From Promethearchaeota archaeon (GTDB lineage: Archaea > Asgardarchaeota > Thorarchaeia > Thorarchaeales > Thorarchaeaceae), in contig JBHLPF010000006.1 in assembly GCA_048939765.1 (NCBI GenBank), positions 1-64,000 on the forward strand: a stretch of DNA of 64,000 bases, written 5' to 3'. Position numbers and translations under genes: made by a program. Under the pieces are notes generated by a model. It was not told the origin of the DNA, searched no databases, and worked only from the letters and a program-made list of their open reading frames with translations. Below, one piece after another: positions 27,763 to 37,764 of this stretch; position 1 is the stretch's first letter; every line of letters starts with the position of its first letter.

Positions 27763-28998
27763 TCAGAGGAACTCGTCGGCTAGAAACCGACCCCATTTTT
27801 CACCGCATCTCTTCTTCGCCAAAGCCAGGGCAGAGCCGATATGGTCCACACTTGACTTCTTGGACATCCTCTCAGTGAGATTCTCAATTAGAAATTCGAT
27901 TGCAGTATACATGTAGTCCAGATCCAATGTGGACATGCTGTCATTGATTTCACACCGAATGATTAGAGGTTCGGGATTTCTGATCGCTACTGTCCACGGA
28001 TGAGCCTCAACGCCGGCTTCAAGAGTAGATGCAAAGAACTCATTCATTCTTGCAGATCCCAGAATGGACTTGCCAAGTTGTAGCAGTTCATTCAGAACAC
28101 ATTCATTGGCTAATATCATTCGTCGCTCGGTTGAAATCCTCTGAACATATCCTCTGTTCACGAGGTCACCGAGTTCGAGAGGCAACGATCCCTTATGCTT
28201 CAACTTGAACGTGCCCAGACAATGTGATAGAGGACTACGCCCATCGAGAGCACCAATGACTTTCTTTGTCTGGGTCGATATCCCCAAGGGATTGCCTCGA
28301 CTAAGGAGAGTTGAGAGCGCTCCCTCGGAGAGACATAGCATGTCATCTTCGGTGGGAACGTAAATAATTCGAATAGCATTATGCCAAAAAGCGAGCGCAA
28401 CAATATCCTTGGTCTCAGTCAAGCTCATGCTTTGTCTTTTGGCTATCTCTTCGATTGTCTGACCACTCTTGATCCTCATTAGAAACTTCATTACATGCAT
28501 CAGTACTTTCGAGGACTCAATGGGTAGCATCACTGACTCCCAGTCTGCATTTCTAATCACGACAGACTTCTCAGACAATCTGTCTAGCACTATAACGCGC
28601 ATCACGAATTTGTCAAAGTCGGATAGCACCTCAACGTCGATGCGATCTAGGTTTCTGAAGCTTCGAAAGCTCTCCTCAAACTCACGTACTATGTGACGGA
28701 GCTTGCTCCTGACCTCATTGGTTTCTCTGGATATCGCCATGACGCCTAAGGCCCATTCGCCACCCTCAACTAGAAGGACAATGTCTTCGCCATACTCGGT
28801 TTTCCATTGGGTCTGTTCGCCTCCCGCTAGGGTTCCAATGAAGCTTGTCATTGCTGAAACAAAACCCGATAGGAGCTGAGGATCTAACCCTCCCGGAATG
28901 AACTCGTGAGAATACAGAGCTGCACCTGATTCCCGATGAAGAATGAATAGGACCTTCTCATTGGAAAGCTCCTCATCGTATGTCATGGGGGAGGTCAT
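27763..28998 (-). CDS. Longin-like domain plus tandem winged-helix protein (NPRL2-like architecture)
   Basis: N-terminal LFILHRESGAALY..LDPQLLSGFVSAM; two wHTH-like segments (GQTIEEIAKR..; LDGRSPL..DLVNRGYV). Confidence 0.65.
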   Translation of the reverse strand: MTSPMTYDEELSNEKVLFILHRESGAALYSHEFIPGGLDPQLLSGFVSAMTSFIGTLAGGEQTQWKTEYGEDIVLLVEGGEWALGVMAISRETNEVRSKLRHIVREFEESFRSFRNLDRIDVEVLSDFDKFVMRVIVLDRLSEKSVVIRNADWESVMLPIESSKVLMHVMKFLMRIKSGQTIEEIAKRQSMSLTETKDIVALAFWHNAIRIIYVPTEDDMLCLSEGALSTLLSRGNPLGISTQTKKVIGALDGRSPLSHCLGTFKLKHKGSLPLELGDLVNRGYVQRISTERRMILANECVLNELLQLGKSILGSARMNEFFASTLEAGVEAHPWTVAIRNPEPLIIRCEINDSMSTLDLDYMYTAIEFLIENLTERMSKKSSVDHIGSALALAKKRCGEKWGRFLADEFL

Positions 28999-29111
28999 GT
29001 CATGAAACGGTCTGCTACTACTGTTTATACTTGTTGTTCATATTAATCTCTAAATTCGGCATATTGCGACAGATTGAACTGTCTTATTGACAGAGATGAA
29101 ATGAAGACACC

Positions 29112-29927
29112 ATGAGGGTCAGGACAGTCCAAGCCAAGAGCATCATCACAAAGAGCAATATTCCTGGAATAGACTATGTGATCAATCCGTACATTGGCTG
29201 CCAGCATGCATGCATCTACTGTTATGCGGAGTTCATGAAGCGTTTCACGGGTCATGGCGGAGAAACATGGGGAGATTTCTTGGACGTCAAGCGGTTTGGC
29301 CTTGACAAGATCAAACCGGAAAAGTATGATGGCAAAACAATTCTTCTTAGCTCCGTGACCGATCCATACACACCTTTAGAGGCGAAGTATGAGAACACAA
29401 GAAGAATCCTTGAAAGACTCGTCAGTACCAAGGCGAATGTTCAGATTTTGACCAAGTCACGCCTTGTGGAACGTGACATCGACCTATTTCAGCAGTTCGA
29501 GAACATCGAGGTCGGCGTTTCCATGAATACACTGGATGATGAGTTTGCAAGGTCTATTGAACCGCGTGCATCAAAACCCAAAGACCGACTGAAGGCGCTT
29601 CAGCTAATTGCAGAAATGGGGATTTCCACATACGTGTTCTTGTCACCAATTTTCCCCAAGATCACGGACTGGATGGCAATAATCGATGCTGCACGCAATT
29701 TCACAAATGAGTTTCATTTCGAGAACCTCAATTTCAGAAGCCATAATGTTCCACGCATATTGAGATTAATCTCGAAGGACCACCCTGACTTGTTGAGTCA
29801 CTTCGATCGGATAAGAAAGGACCCAACAATGTGGGATGAAATGGAGGAAGAGATCGAAGAACACTGCAGAGCGATGAATCTGACCTGCAGAATAGAGTTC
29901 CATCATGGGGGATTTACCAAGAGTTAA
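29112..29927 (+). CDS. Radical SAM protein (spore photoproduct lyase-like family)
   Basis: INPYIGCQHACIYCYA, SSVTDPY, ILTKS. Confidence 0.92.
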   Translation: MRVRTVQAKSIITKSNIPGIDYVINPYIGCQHACIYCYAEFMKRFTGHGGETWGDFLDVKRFGLDKIKPEKYDGKTILLSSVTDPYTPLEAKYENTRRILERLVSTKANVQILTKSRLVERDIDLFQQFENIEVGVSMNTLDDEFARSIEPRASKPKDRLKALQLIAEMGISTYVFLSPIFPKITDWMAIIDAARNFTNEFHFENLNFRSHNVPRILRLISKDHPDLLSHFDRIRKDPTMWDEMEEEIEEHCRAMNLTCRIEFHHGGFTKS

Positions 29928-29985
29928 TGCTCAATCTTTATGAGGGACTATATCTGCAAATGCAAGAGAATTAGGTGAAATCAGG

Positions 29986-30324
29986 GTGTCAAAGTGGTAT
30001 TCATCAAGCTCACCGTTGGGTGTAAGAGTCCTTGCAGACTTTGAGATTCTCGTGGGTATTGCCTATATTCTATTGGGCACATTCCTGTTATACTTCTTAG
30101 CAATCTCAGGTGTCGGTGTTATTGCCATTGGCTTCACTATGATATACATGGGATGGGCATTAGACAAACTGGAGATTTGGGCATGGTGGGGGAGCCTATT
30201 GATGAATGGAGCGATTTGTGTGAGTCATTTCATATTTGGCGGCGACTATCTTTCCTTTATCATGTCCTTGGCGATCATCATCTATCTATTGACTCCTGGA
30301 GTTCGAAGCCGGTTCTTTCAATGA
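29986..30324 (+). CDS. Small multi-TM membrane protein
   Basis: Hydrophobic helices; SPLGV...WAWW...YLLTPGVR pattern resembles 27122..27496. Confidence 0.7.
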   Translation: MSKWYSSSSPLGVRVLADFEILVGIAYILLGTFLLYFLAISGVGVIAIGFTMIYMGWALDKLEIWAWWGSLLMNGAICVSHFIFGGDYLSFIMSLAIIIYLLTPGVRSRFFQ

Positions 30325-30375
30325 AATGGTTCGGCATACTCCACGGTGTTTCTGCGGCCAATTGTATTGAAGCAT

Positions 30376-31245
30376 TTACTTGAATGAGGGCATCACTTCC
30401 ATCGCGAATTTGTGAATCGTTTCGATGCCTGTTTCATCTCGAGACGACGACACTAGATAGTAGCTGTCCCCTGCATCGTCTGCTGCCTCAACCAACTTCA
30501 TGAACTCGTTAATATCCGTGATTCTTCTTTGCATCATGCCACCAGTCATGAACCCAATCCTGTCTGCTCTATTTGCATTCTGAGCGGCATTCAGCACCCG
30601 TTCCCTTGCTGCTGCTGGATCATATTCTCCAAACGGCGGAAGATAAATGATATCGCCATATTTCCCAGATAGCGCGAGCATCCGGTTCCCTCGGCTGCCA
30701 AAGAGTAGTGTGGGGTATGGTTTCTGGATAGGCTTGGGCTCAAGGACTGCGCCTTTTGCCTGGTAGAATTTGCCGTTGAAGTCCACCTTATCCTTTGTCC
30801 ATAATTCAATGATAAGCTCAAGCCCCTCATGTGTCTTGTCCACCCTCATCTTTGATTTGTTCCACACACTGTATCCTTCGAACTCAGCTTGGGACCAACC
30901 AGCTCCAACTCCGACAATGACTCTCCCGTTTGACAAGATGTCCAATGTAGAAATCATCTTTGCCAAAAGACCAGGCGGCCTGAAGGGGATAGGTGTGACC
31001 ATCGTGCCAAGACGTATTTGCTCAGTTTTTGCAGCGAGATATGCCAGAGTCATCCAGGTTTCCACAGTCACATTTGAATCAGGACGCGACATTGGGCCCC
31101 CACGCATTTCTCCCCACATGTAGTGGTCAGGCATCAGTGCCCCGTCATAGCCAAGTTTGTCCGCTTCAAGTATTGCATTCTTAACGAGGTCAAAATCATT
31201 GAACCAATTTCCAAGGCCGCCCAACATGAATTTCATAGCATTCAT
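30376..31245 (-). CDS. LLM-class (luciferase-like, probably F420-dependent) oxidoreductase
   Basis: PDHY, IRLGTMVT, STLDILSNGR..GVGAGW, PKPIQKP; the ORF track starts at 31299. Confidence 0.9.
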   Translation of the reverse strand: MNAMKFMLGGLGNWFNDFDLVKNAILEADKLGYDGALMPDHYMWGEMRGGPMSRPDSNVTVETWMTLAYLAAKTEQIRLGTMVTPIPFRPPGLLAKMISTLDILSNGRVIVGVGAGWSQAEFEGYSVWNKSKMRVDKTHEGLELIIELWTKDKVDFNGKFYQAKGAVLEPKPIQKPYPTLLFGSRGNRMLALSGKYGDIIYLPPFGEYDPAAARERVLNAAQNANRADRIGFMTGGMMQRRITDINEFMKLVEAADDAGDSYYLVSSSRDETGIETIHKFAMEVMPSFK

Positions 31246-31343
31246 GTCAATCTGAGTTCCGTTATTTGAACCCACTGGAATCGCAGAAGATAGTGACAAT
31301 CGGGTGAGAACGCTTTTAGCATGCGGATTGAACTAGCGGAATC

Positions 31344-32381
31344 ATGGCAACCCAGCATCGAATCACAAAACCCACAGATTTGCTGGATGAAAGTGGTCAT
31401 CTGGTGGAACCGGGATATGCCACCCAGCTGCTTTGGCGATATGACCGGAGTAAGATAAAGGCAGGATGGCACCGGATTAAGGAGTGGGACTACTATTACA
31501 TTCTGAATGAGGACTATGGAATCTCCTTTACAATGTCAGACCTTGGTTATGCAGGACTCATGGCTGTTGTATGGCTTGATTTTGGAAAAGGCACCTGCAC
31601 CCAAGAGGAAACACTTGCGATACTTCCGAGGGGAAGGCTCAATTTTCCCTCGACATCCAGTGAAGGAGATGTGGAATACCAGGACAGAAAATTGAAACTT
31701 GGCTATTATGTAGAACCTGGTAGGAGGACCATTAGAGTCGATTGTCCTGAATTCACCCACAACCTAGGAGAGAAGGGACTTACAGGGGAATTGGAATTGC
31801 ATCAGGATCAGGATATGGACACCATGGTCATAGCAACATCATGGAAGGAGAATCGGAGGAAGTTCTACTATAATCAGAAAATCAACTGCATGCCAGCACA
31901 AGGTATCATCAGAATTGGAGACAAAGACTACGAATTCAATCCGGATAGTAGCTTCGGCGGACTGGATTGGGGTAGGGGCAATTGGACCTACAAGAATCGA
32001 TGGTACTGGGGGTCTGCTTCGGGTATGATGGATGGCGAGCTATTTGGTTGGAATATTGGATATGGGTTTAGTGATCGTTCTGTCGCATCGGAGAATATGG
32101 TCTTCCATAAGGGAAATGCTCACAAGCTAGACCGAGTGACTTTCCACATGGATGTCAACGATTATATGAAACCTTGGAAGTTCACTAGCAACGATGATAG
32201 GTTTGAGATGACCTTTGAGCCGATTCTTGATAGATTCGGTAAGTTCAATCTTCTTCTAATTAAATCGGTTCAGCACCAAGTTTTTGGTCATTTCTCTGGA
32301 AAGGTTATACTCGATGATGGCACCAAGCTTAACGTTGAAAGGATGCTTGGTTTCGCTGAGGCTGTATACAATAGATGGTAG
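31344..32381 (+). CDS. DUF2804-like beta-rich protein
   Basis: IKEWDYY, FYYNQKINCM, LDWGRGNW, QHQVFG motifs. Confidence 0.8.
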   Translation: MATQHRITKPTDLLDESGHLVEPGYATQLLWRYDRSKIKAGWHRIKEWDYYYILNEDYGISFTMSDLGYAGLMAVVWLDFGKGTCTQEETLAILPRGRLNFPSTSSEGDVEYQDRKLKLGYYVEPGRRTIRVDCPEFTHNLGEKGLTGELELHQDQDMDTMVIATSWKENRRKFYYNQKINCMPAQGIIRIGDKDYEFNPDSSFGGLDWGRGNWTYKNRWYWGSASGMMDGELFGWNIGYGFSDRSVASENMVFHKGNAHKLDRVTFHMDVNDYMKPWKFTSNDDRFEMTFEPILDRFGKFNLLLIKSVQHQVFGHFSGKVILDDGTKLNVERMLGFAEAVYNRW

Positions 32382-32439
32382 CTGCGTTTTGAGAGCAGAG
32401 ATATATTGTACCCATACGGGAAGATTCTTGGTGTTTGCA

Positions 32440-33237
32440 GTGGTAGAAATATCTGGGAAGCATGCTGATGTCAAGGGATTCAAATTATACTACGAAGAAT
32501 TGGGCAAAGGTCCGCCACTGATTCTTATACACGGCGGAATTAGCACTTCTCGTAGTGGTTGGGAACCATGTTACAAGTTTTTTGCTGAACATTTCAGAGT
32601 CATTGCACTTGATTCTAGAGGGCATGGAAAATCGGAGAACCCGAGTAAAGAACTCAGTTACAGACTGATGGCGGATGATACTGTCGCATTCATCGAAGAG
32701 TTAAGACTTGAGGACCCTCTAGTATGTGGATGGAGTGATGGCGGGCAAATCGCTTTGGAAATAGGTATTGAATATCCTAAAGCAGCAAAGGCGCTTGTTG
32801 CCGGAGGAGTATTGTCTGAGATGTCTAACCATTATATAGAGGGAATGAGAGCCTGGGGATTAAACGGTCCGGGAGATGTCGATGTTCAGAAGCTTCAAGA
32901 AACAGTGCCAGAATTTGCAGCGTCCCTAAAGGGACTCCATTCACATGTTTATGGTGAAGATTACTGGAAGGATTTACTTACGATAAGTTCGATTATGTGG
33001 TTCAATCCAGAATCATTTCCGCAGGAGAGAATACGAAAGATAGCAACTCCGACATTGATCATCCAAGGCGATCGAGATGAGGCGGTACCGCTTGATGATG
33101 CCGTGAAGATCTTCAAAATGCTCCCCAAAGGAGAGTTGGCAATCATAGCTGGTGCAGGACATGATGGAGTATTGACTCAAGCTCCAAAGTTTGCTGGAGC
33201 AATCATTGAGTTTCTAAAAAGGACTTTAGACCTATAG
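32440..33237 (+). CDS. Alpha/beta hydrolase
   Basis: LIHGG, DSRGHGKS, GWSDGG nucleophile elbow, GDRD, GAGH; GTG at 32440 avoids the overlap in the ORF track (32284). Confidence 0.9.
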   Translation: MVEISGKHADVKGFKLYYEELGKGPPLILIHGGISTSRSGWEPCYKFFAEHFRVIALDSRGHGKSENPSKELSYRLMADDTVAFIEELRLEDPLVCGWSDGGQIALEIGIEYPKAAKALVAGGVLSEMSNHYIEGMRAWGLNGPGDVDVQKLQETVPEFAASLKGLHSHVYGEDYWKDLLTISSIMWFNPESFPQERIRKIATPTLIIQGDRDEAVPLDDAVKIFKMLPKGELAIIAGAGHDGVLTQAPKFAGAIIEFLKRTLDL

Positions 33238-33261
33238 CGGATTGAAGGATCTGTATCAAAA

Positions 33262-34098
33262 TCAATTGAAAAACAGTAGTTCAAAACTGATCAACACTAT
33301 TGCAAATGCTAACACCGAATATACTATGGCAGTATTCGGCATTACCAGATCCGTGTGCTGCAAACGATCAATTCGAGAATATGCGCGTTTGTAAACGAAT
33401 GTGAATATAGGAATCATAACAGCCACTGAAATGACATTCGCGACGCCAATATACAGCTCCAAAGGCTGGTATACGAGGGCATATGCAATCATTCCAAAGC
33501 CATGGAGAGTCATCCCAATGAATAGAATCGAGAAGGTGTCTCTAAGGGTATATTCAGGAGAGATGCCCAACAAGGGAAACAGCAGAAAGAATAGAATTGC
33601 TCCCATTATGACTATCAACAATCCTAGAACTTGGATTAGGATTGCTGGGATTCCAGCAGAAATCATCAACACTACATCGCTACCAGGAACCGATGAACCA
33701 AAGAGAAAGTATCCAGCTGTTGAAAGAAAGGCGATCGGAGCAGTCATCAATAAAGGAACTAATCTGGGAGCCCGCCAGCGCCACAGAATGACAATCACGA
33801 CTACTCCAAATAGAAGTTCAGCCGCAGTTCCTGCCACGGTAACGAATAGCATGGAGCTTTCAGGGATTTGGGAAAGAGGTTTAGCCATTGATACACCAAA
33901 TGGATTCAGTGATAGCTGGAAATCAATGGAAATAGAAGCTAGTGCTAAACCATGACCTATCTCATGGATTGCAGTAGTAGACAGAAGAGCAATTATGTAG
34001 GATGCAAGGAGGAGAAAGGATGATCGAAGAAGATTTGATTTCGGGTAAGATTCTGGGATTTGTTGGAGTGAGGGTCGCGGGTCAGTCGATGACGTCAT
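33262..34098 (-). CDS. Multi-TM protein with HExxH (M50/M50B peptidase-like)
   Basis: TAIHEIGH inside a TM helix, a later VAG motif and GSD; about seven TM segments. Confidence 0.65.
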   Translation of the reverse strand: MTSSTDPRPSLQQIPESYPKSNLLRSSFLLLASYIIALLSTTAIHEIGHGLALASISIDFQLSLNPFGVSMAKPLSQIPESSMLFVTVAGTAAELLFGVVVIVILWRWRAPRLVPLLMTAPIAFLSTAGYFLFGSSVPGSDVVLMISAGIPAILIQVLGLLIVIMGAILFFLLFPLLGISPEYTLRDTFSILFIGMTLHGFGMIAYALVYQPLELYIGVANVISVAVMIPIFTFVYKRAYSRIDRLQHTDLVMPNTAIVYSVLAFAIVLISFELLFFN

Positions 34099-34189
34099 CC
34101 TGGTTCAGGTCCTTTTTGACTTCGCAAGTCTAGAGGCATAATATAGTAACCGATTGGGACTATTTCGAGTTGGACAGTCCAAAATGAAA

Positions 34190-34264
34190 TGGGGCCCGAA
34201 GGGGGAATCGAACCCCCGTCAGGGGAGCCACAATCCCCTATGCTGCCATTACACCACTCGGGCC
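34190..34264 (-). tRNA. trnH: tRNA-His(GTG), with G-1 and CCA genomically encoded
   Basis: G-GCCCGAG...AGGGGATTGTGGCTCCCCT...GGGGGTTCGATTCCCCC-TTCGGGC-C-CCA. Confidence 0.95.
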
Positions 34265-34351
34265 ATTGCTGTTGTGGCCAGCGATGTCATGCTCATGATT
34301 TCGTCTTATTAGCTTATCCGTAGAATATCTTGGAAACAGCGAGTTCACGAA

Positions 34352-35188
34352 TTAGCTCTTGAAGGCTAGAACACTCAAGACACTCTTTTTCCGCGTGACT
34401 GTGGCAAATCCCGAATCACGAAGCCGACTCATGACTCCTTTCTGGAAGTCCAAATTCGAATGTTTTGATTCGGCAGATCCAATGTAGTGAAGCAATACGC
34501 CATTGCTTCGCAGAACCCTATACAAATGGCTATAGAACTCTGTTGTATAGAGTTCCGGAGCCAATGAGAAACGGGGAGGGTCATGCATCAAAGCATGGAA
34601 GGATTTGTCGTCAATCTTCTCGATTTCCAGAGACGCATCTGCATTGATGACTGTGACTCTGTCATCCGTGAAGAGTCTATGGGACCAAGGGTTCACTCTG
34701 GCCAGTTCAAGGACCTTTTCATCTTTTTCAATCGTTACAATGCTACGAACACCCTTCTGGAGACAGGCAATGCTTGCGTAGCCGAGACCTGTACAAATCT
34801 CCAGCAGATCTATGCCATTTCGGGCACAGATTTCGGCCTTCATAAAGGCATCGTCCATAGGTGTGGTATCTTTGACTCTATGCATCAGAATACCATCAAT
34901 CAGCAGTGCAGGCGCCTGGTTCTGGACAACAGGCATCAGTTTGTAGAAATGCTTACCGCTTAGTTCCGCTTTGAATATACCTTCGTCATTCACGAAATAG
35001 ACTGACTCTTCATCCTGGGATATCTTCTCGAGCTGTTCCCTATTCCATGGTTGACTGGCAAGTCTGATTCGTCTGGTCGTTACTCCAAGGTCTAAAGAAA
35101 CCTCAACCTCCCTTGAGCCGCTATCATATGCAGACAGTATACGTTCTGCAGCATAGGAGTCGAGAAACAATAGCTCTTCTGGCGACAT
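34352..35188 (-). CDS. Archaeal SAM-dependent methyltransferase
   Basis: IDGILMHR, LLEICTGLGY, HDPPRFSLA.ELY. Confidence 0.85.
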   Translation of the reverse strand: MSPEELLFLDSYAAERILSAYDSGSREVEVSLDLGVTTRRIRLASQPWNREQLEKISQDEESVYFVNDEGIFKAELSGKHFYKLMPVVQNQAPALLIDGILMHRVKDTTPMDDAFMKAEICARNGIDLLEICTGLGYASIACLQKGVRSIVTIEKDEKVLELARVNPWSHRLFTDDRVTVINADASLEIEKIDDKSFHALMHDPPRFSLAPELYTTEFYSHLYRVLRSNGVLLHYIGSAESKHSNLDFQKGVMSRLRDSGFATVTRKKSVLSVLAFKS

Positions 35189-35289
35189 CAGACGTGATAT
35201 AATAGCAGGATTTCAAAAGGCTGTCGACATAGCCATCGCAACTGTTATGGTCTTGTGAGACATTTGAAATCCATACAGGAGGAGTGTAG

Positions 35290-36471
35290 ATGATTCTGGA
35301 AGAGAATGGATTGGACAAGGAGACCGTTGTTGGACGGCTGGAATCGCTTCTTGAAGGGGATGTCACGTACTTTTCTGGTCATCCGATTGCTTCAATGTCC
35401 ACCACCCCTCATCAACTTGGAACAGATGTGTTTCTCAGGACTATGGAGAGAAACGCAGGTAGACTCCATACGTTCAAGGGATCTGCAAGGATTGAACAAG
35501 AAGTCATTGAGATGATTGCAGACCTATTGCATCTTGAAATGCCACACGGAACGACAACATCAGGAGGGACCGAGTCCAACATACTTGCGATGCTGGCAAT
35601 GCGAGAAACCCGGAAGAGAGCCAAAAAGCCTGAAGTCATCGCTCCAAAAACAGTGCACTCGTCCATTGACAAGGCGGCCTGGATTCTTGGTATCAGACTC
35701 ATCAAGACCGGAGTGGACAAGCAGTTCAAGGCAATCAGCCGACGTATTGAGAAGAAGATTTCCGAGAACACCGTAGGCATTATTGCGACTGCCGGCACGA
35801 CATACCTTGGGCAGATAGACCCGATTGATGAGATTGGTGGAATCGCCGCAGAAAATCGAGTCCCTCTACACATCGATGCTGCATTTGGTGGCTTTGTGAT
35901 TCCTTTCTTAAACGACCTTGGACTGGGAGATTATTCCTACGACTTTGAGTTAGATGGCGTTACTAGCATCAGCGTTGATCCGCACAAGATGGGCCTTGCG
36001 CCAATACCTGCAGGTTGCCTAATCTTTAGATCAAGTCGCCATCTCAGTGCAATCACCAGAAAGATACCATATCTGCCAGGAGCTAGTTCCAAGCAGGCAT
36101 CCCTGTTGGGAACTCGACCCGCGGCGTCAGTCTTGGCCACATGGGCTATAATGAAACACCTTGGCCGATCTGGGTACAGAGAAATTGTGAGAGGGTGTAT
36201 GGCACAGACCAATTTAGCAAGGGAGAGAGTCGAGGGCAATCCGCTATTAGAGCTTGTAATTGAGCCAGTGATGAACATTCTTGGAATTCAGAGTAAAGAA
36301 GTGCCTCTTGGCACGATAATTATGAAAATGGACAAACGCGGATGGCGGATGGCGACATCCCCATTGCCGCCCTCGCTGAGACTGGTTGTTATGCCTCACG
36401 TCACTTCAGGGGCTTTGAACGCATTCTTTAACGACTTGAATGAGGTTTCCACAACTGTACCCGCAGACTAG
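35290..36471 (+). CDS. mfnA: L-tyrosine/L-aspartate decarboxylase (group II PLP enzyme)
   Basis: SMST.PH, TSGGTESN, HIDAAFGGF, SVDPHKMG, GTRP. Confidence 0.9.
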   Translation: MILEENGLDKETVVGRLESLLEGDVTYFSGHPIASMSTTPHQLGTDVFLRTMERNAGRLHTFKGSARIEQEVIEMIADLLHLEMPHGTTTSGGTESNILAMLAMRETRKRAKKPEVIAPKTVHSSIDKAAWILGIRLIKTGVDKQFKAISRRIEKKISENTVGIIATAGTTYLGQIDPIDEIGGIAAENRVPLHIDAAFGGFVIPFLNDLGLGDYSYDFELDGVTSISVDPHKMGLAPIPAGCLIFRSSRHLSAITRKIPYLPGASSKQASLLGTRPAASVLATWAIMKHLGRSGYREIVRGCMAQTNLARERVEGNPLLELVIEPVMNILGIQSKEVPLGTIIMKMDKRGWRMATSPLPPSLRLVVMPHVTSGALNAFFNDLNEVSTTVPAD

Positions 36472-36863
36472 GCGGGAGGGCTTAATTGATCCTTCAGGTC
36501 TAGGATCTCTTCCTCTAAATCATTCATACGTTTTGACATCTCTATCATCTTGTGCAGCAACATGGATATGAGGTATCCATAGTTGACTGAATAGCCCTTA
36601 GTCCGTTCTATGATATTGGATGCTTCTAGTCGCCCAGATACATTTGATATGGATTGTTTGGAGACCTCTCGCTCCTTTACTACCTTGTCCACATTTTCTC
36701 GGACAGCTCCTGGCTCAACTGGATTTCCTTGCAAAGGAGCTAGAAGAGTATGAAGCATGACGAGCCCCGCATTCATCCGTGGATTCATTAGTTTGGCAAA
36801 TGTTTGGCTTAGGAAACGTGGATTCATTATTTCCGCAATTTTGTCGTTTTGCTCAGTCGTCAA
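36468..36863 (-). CDS. Hypothetical winged-helix-like plus coiled-coil protein
   Basis: SKQSISNVSGRLEASNIIER helix, C-terminal heptads. Confidence 0.6.
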   Translation of the reverse strand: MTTEQNDKIAEIMNPRFLSQTFAKLMNPRMNAGLVMLHTLLAPLQGNPVEPGAVRENVDKVVKEREVSKQSISNVSGRLEASNIIERTKGYSVNYGYLISMLLHKMIEMSKRMNDLEEEILDLKDQLSPPA

Positions 36864-37059
36864 CCTGATGTGCCCCCGTAGTGCTGATGACTAGGTGGAG
36901 TAAACGCTTTGCTTGAGAAAAATCTTCTGGCTAATCCAAATAGTCTATCGGAAATGAAGGACACAGAGAAATGTTGGTTAACGTGTACTTCATGGCGGTT
37001 CGCAAATACGCACGGTTTTGTTACGTTCAAAACAGTGAAAAGACGCGCGTTTTCTGAGC

Positions 37060-37764
37060 ATGGTAAGTGAATTCGTCTTGAACAATGAACTCGACCGAGT
37101 GGTCTTTGTGGCTGTGATTCATACTGATACAGAAAGTGTTGAACAAGCCAGAGAGGCAGTTAGAAATGTTCGGCCCGATGTCGTCGCTGTTGAGTTGGAC
37201 CATCAGAGATACCAGCAGCTCATGGACCATGACAAGACAATGGCGAATTGGGAGCCTAAATCATCAGGCGATGCCGCACAAGACCTGATACAACATATGG
37301 CGACACTTGAGAAGAGCCTGGGGGAGATGACCGGATCCAACGTGGGAGAAGAGATGCTCGCAGCCATTGAGGAGGGTCGAAGGATTGGCGCAAAGATAGC
37401 TCTTGTAGACAGACCAATCCACGTCACTATGCAAGCTATAGCTAGGGTGCCCTTGGATGAGATTTATCGCCTGATGGGTGTTGTGCCTGATGTACAAAAG
37501 GACCTTCAGGAGGGGGAGGGCACTGATATCCTGGGAATGCTAAAGGAGGAAGGGGCAATTGAGAACCTGATGAAGGATTTCAACTCAGAATATCCCTACC
37601 TTGCTGATGCATTGATACATCAGAGAGACCTCTACGTCGCAAAGGCGCTCAGAAGTATCATGAAAGATGTACAAGGCAGAATTGTAGTGGTTCTGGGCGC
37701 AGGGCACATTGATGGCGTTCGAAAGGCTCTTCTAGACCTACTGGAAACCGATGCCGCTTCCTAG
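37060..37764 (+). CDS. TraB/GumN family protein
   Basis: PDVVAVELD..R, GEEM, LVDRPI, LIHQRD, VVLGAGH. Confidence 0.9.
   Translation: MVSEFVLNNELDRVVFVAVIHTDTESVEQAREAVRNVRPDVVAVELDHQRYQQLMDHDKTMANWEPKSSGDAAQDLIQHMATLEKSLGEMTGSNVGEEMLAAIEEGRRIGAKIALVDRPIHVTMQAIARVPLDEIYRLMGVVPDVQKDLQEGEGTDILGMLKEEGAIENLMKDFNSEYPYLADALIHQRDLYVAKALRSIMKDVQGRIVVVLGAGHIDGVRKALLDLLETDAAS

Noticed and set aside
34190-34264. Integrated element at tRNA-His or tRNA-Leu
   Set aside because: No duplicated tRNA 3' end, integrase or transposase was seen in the window.
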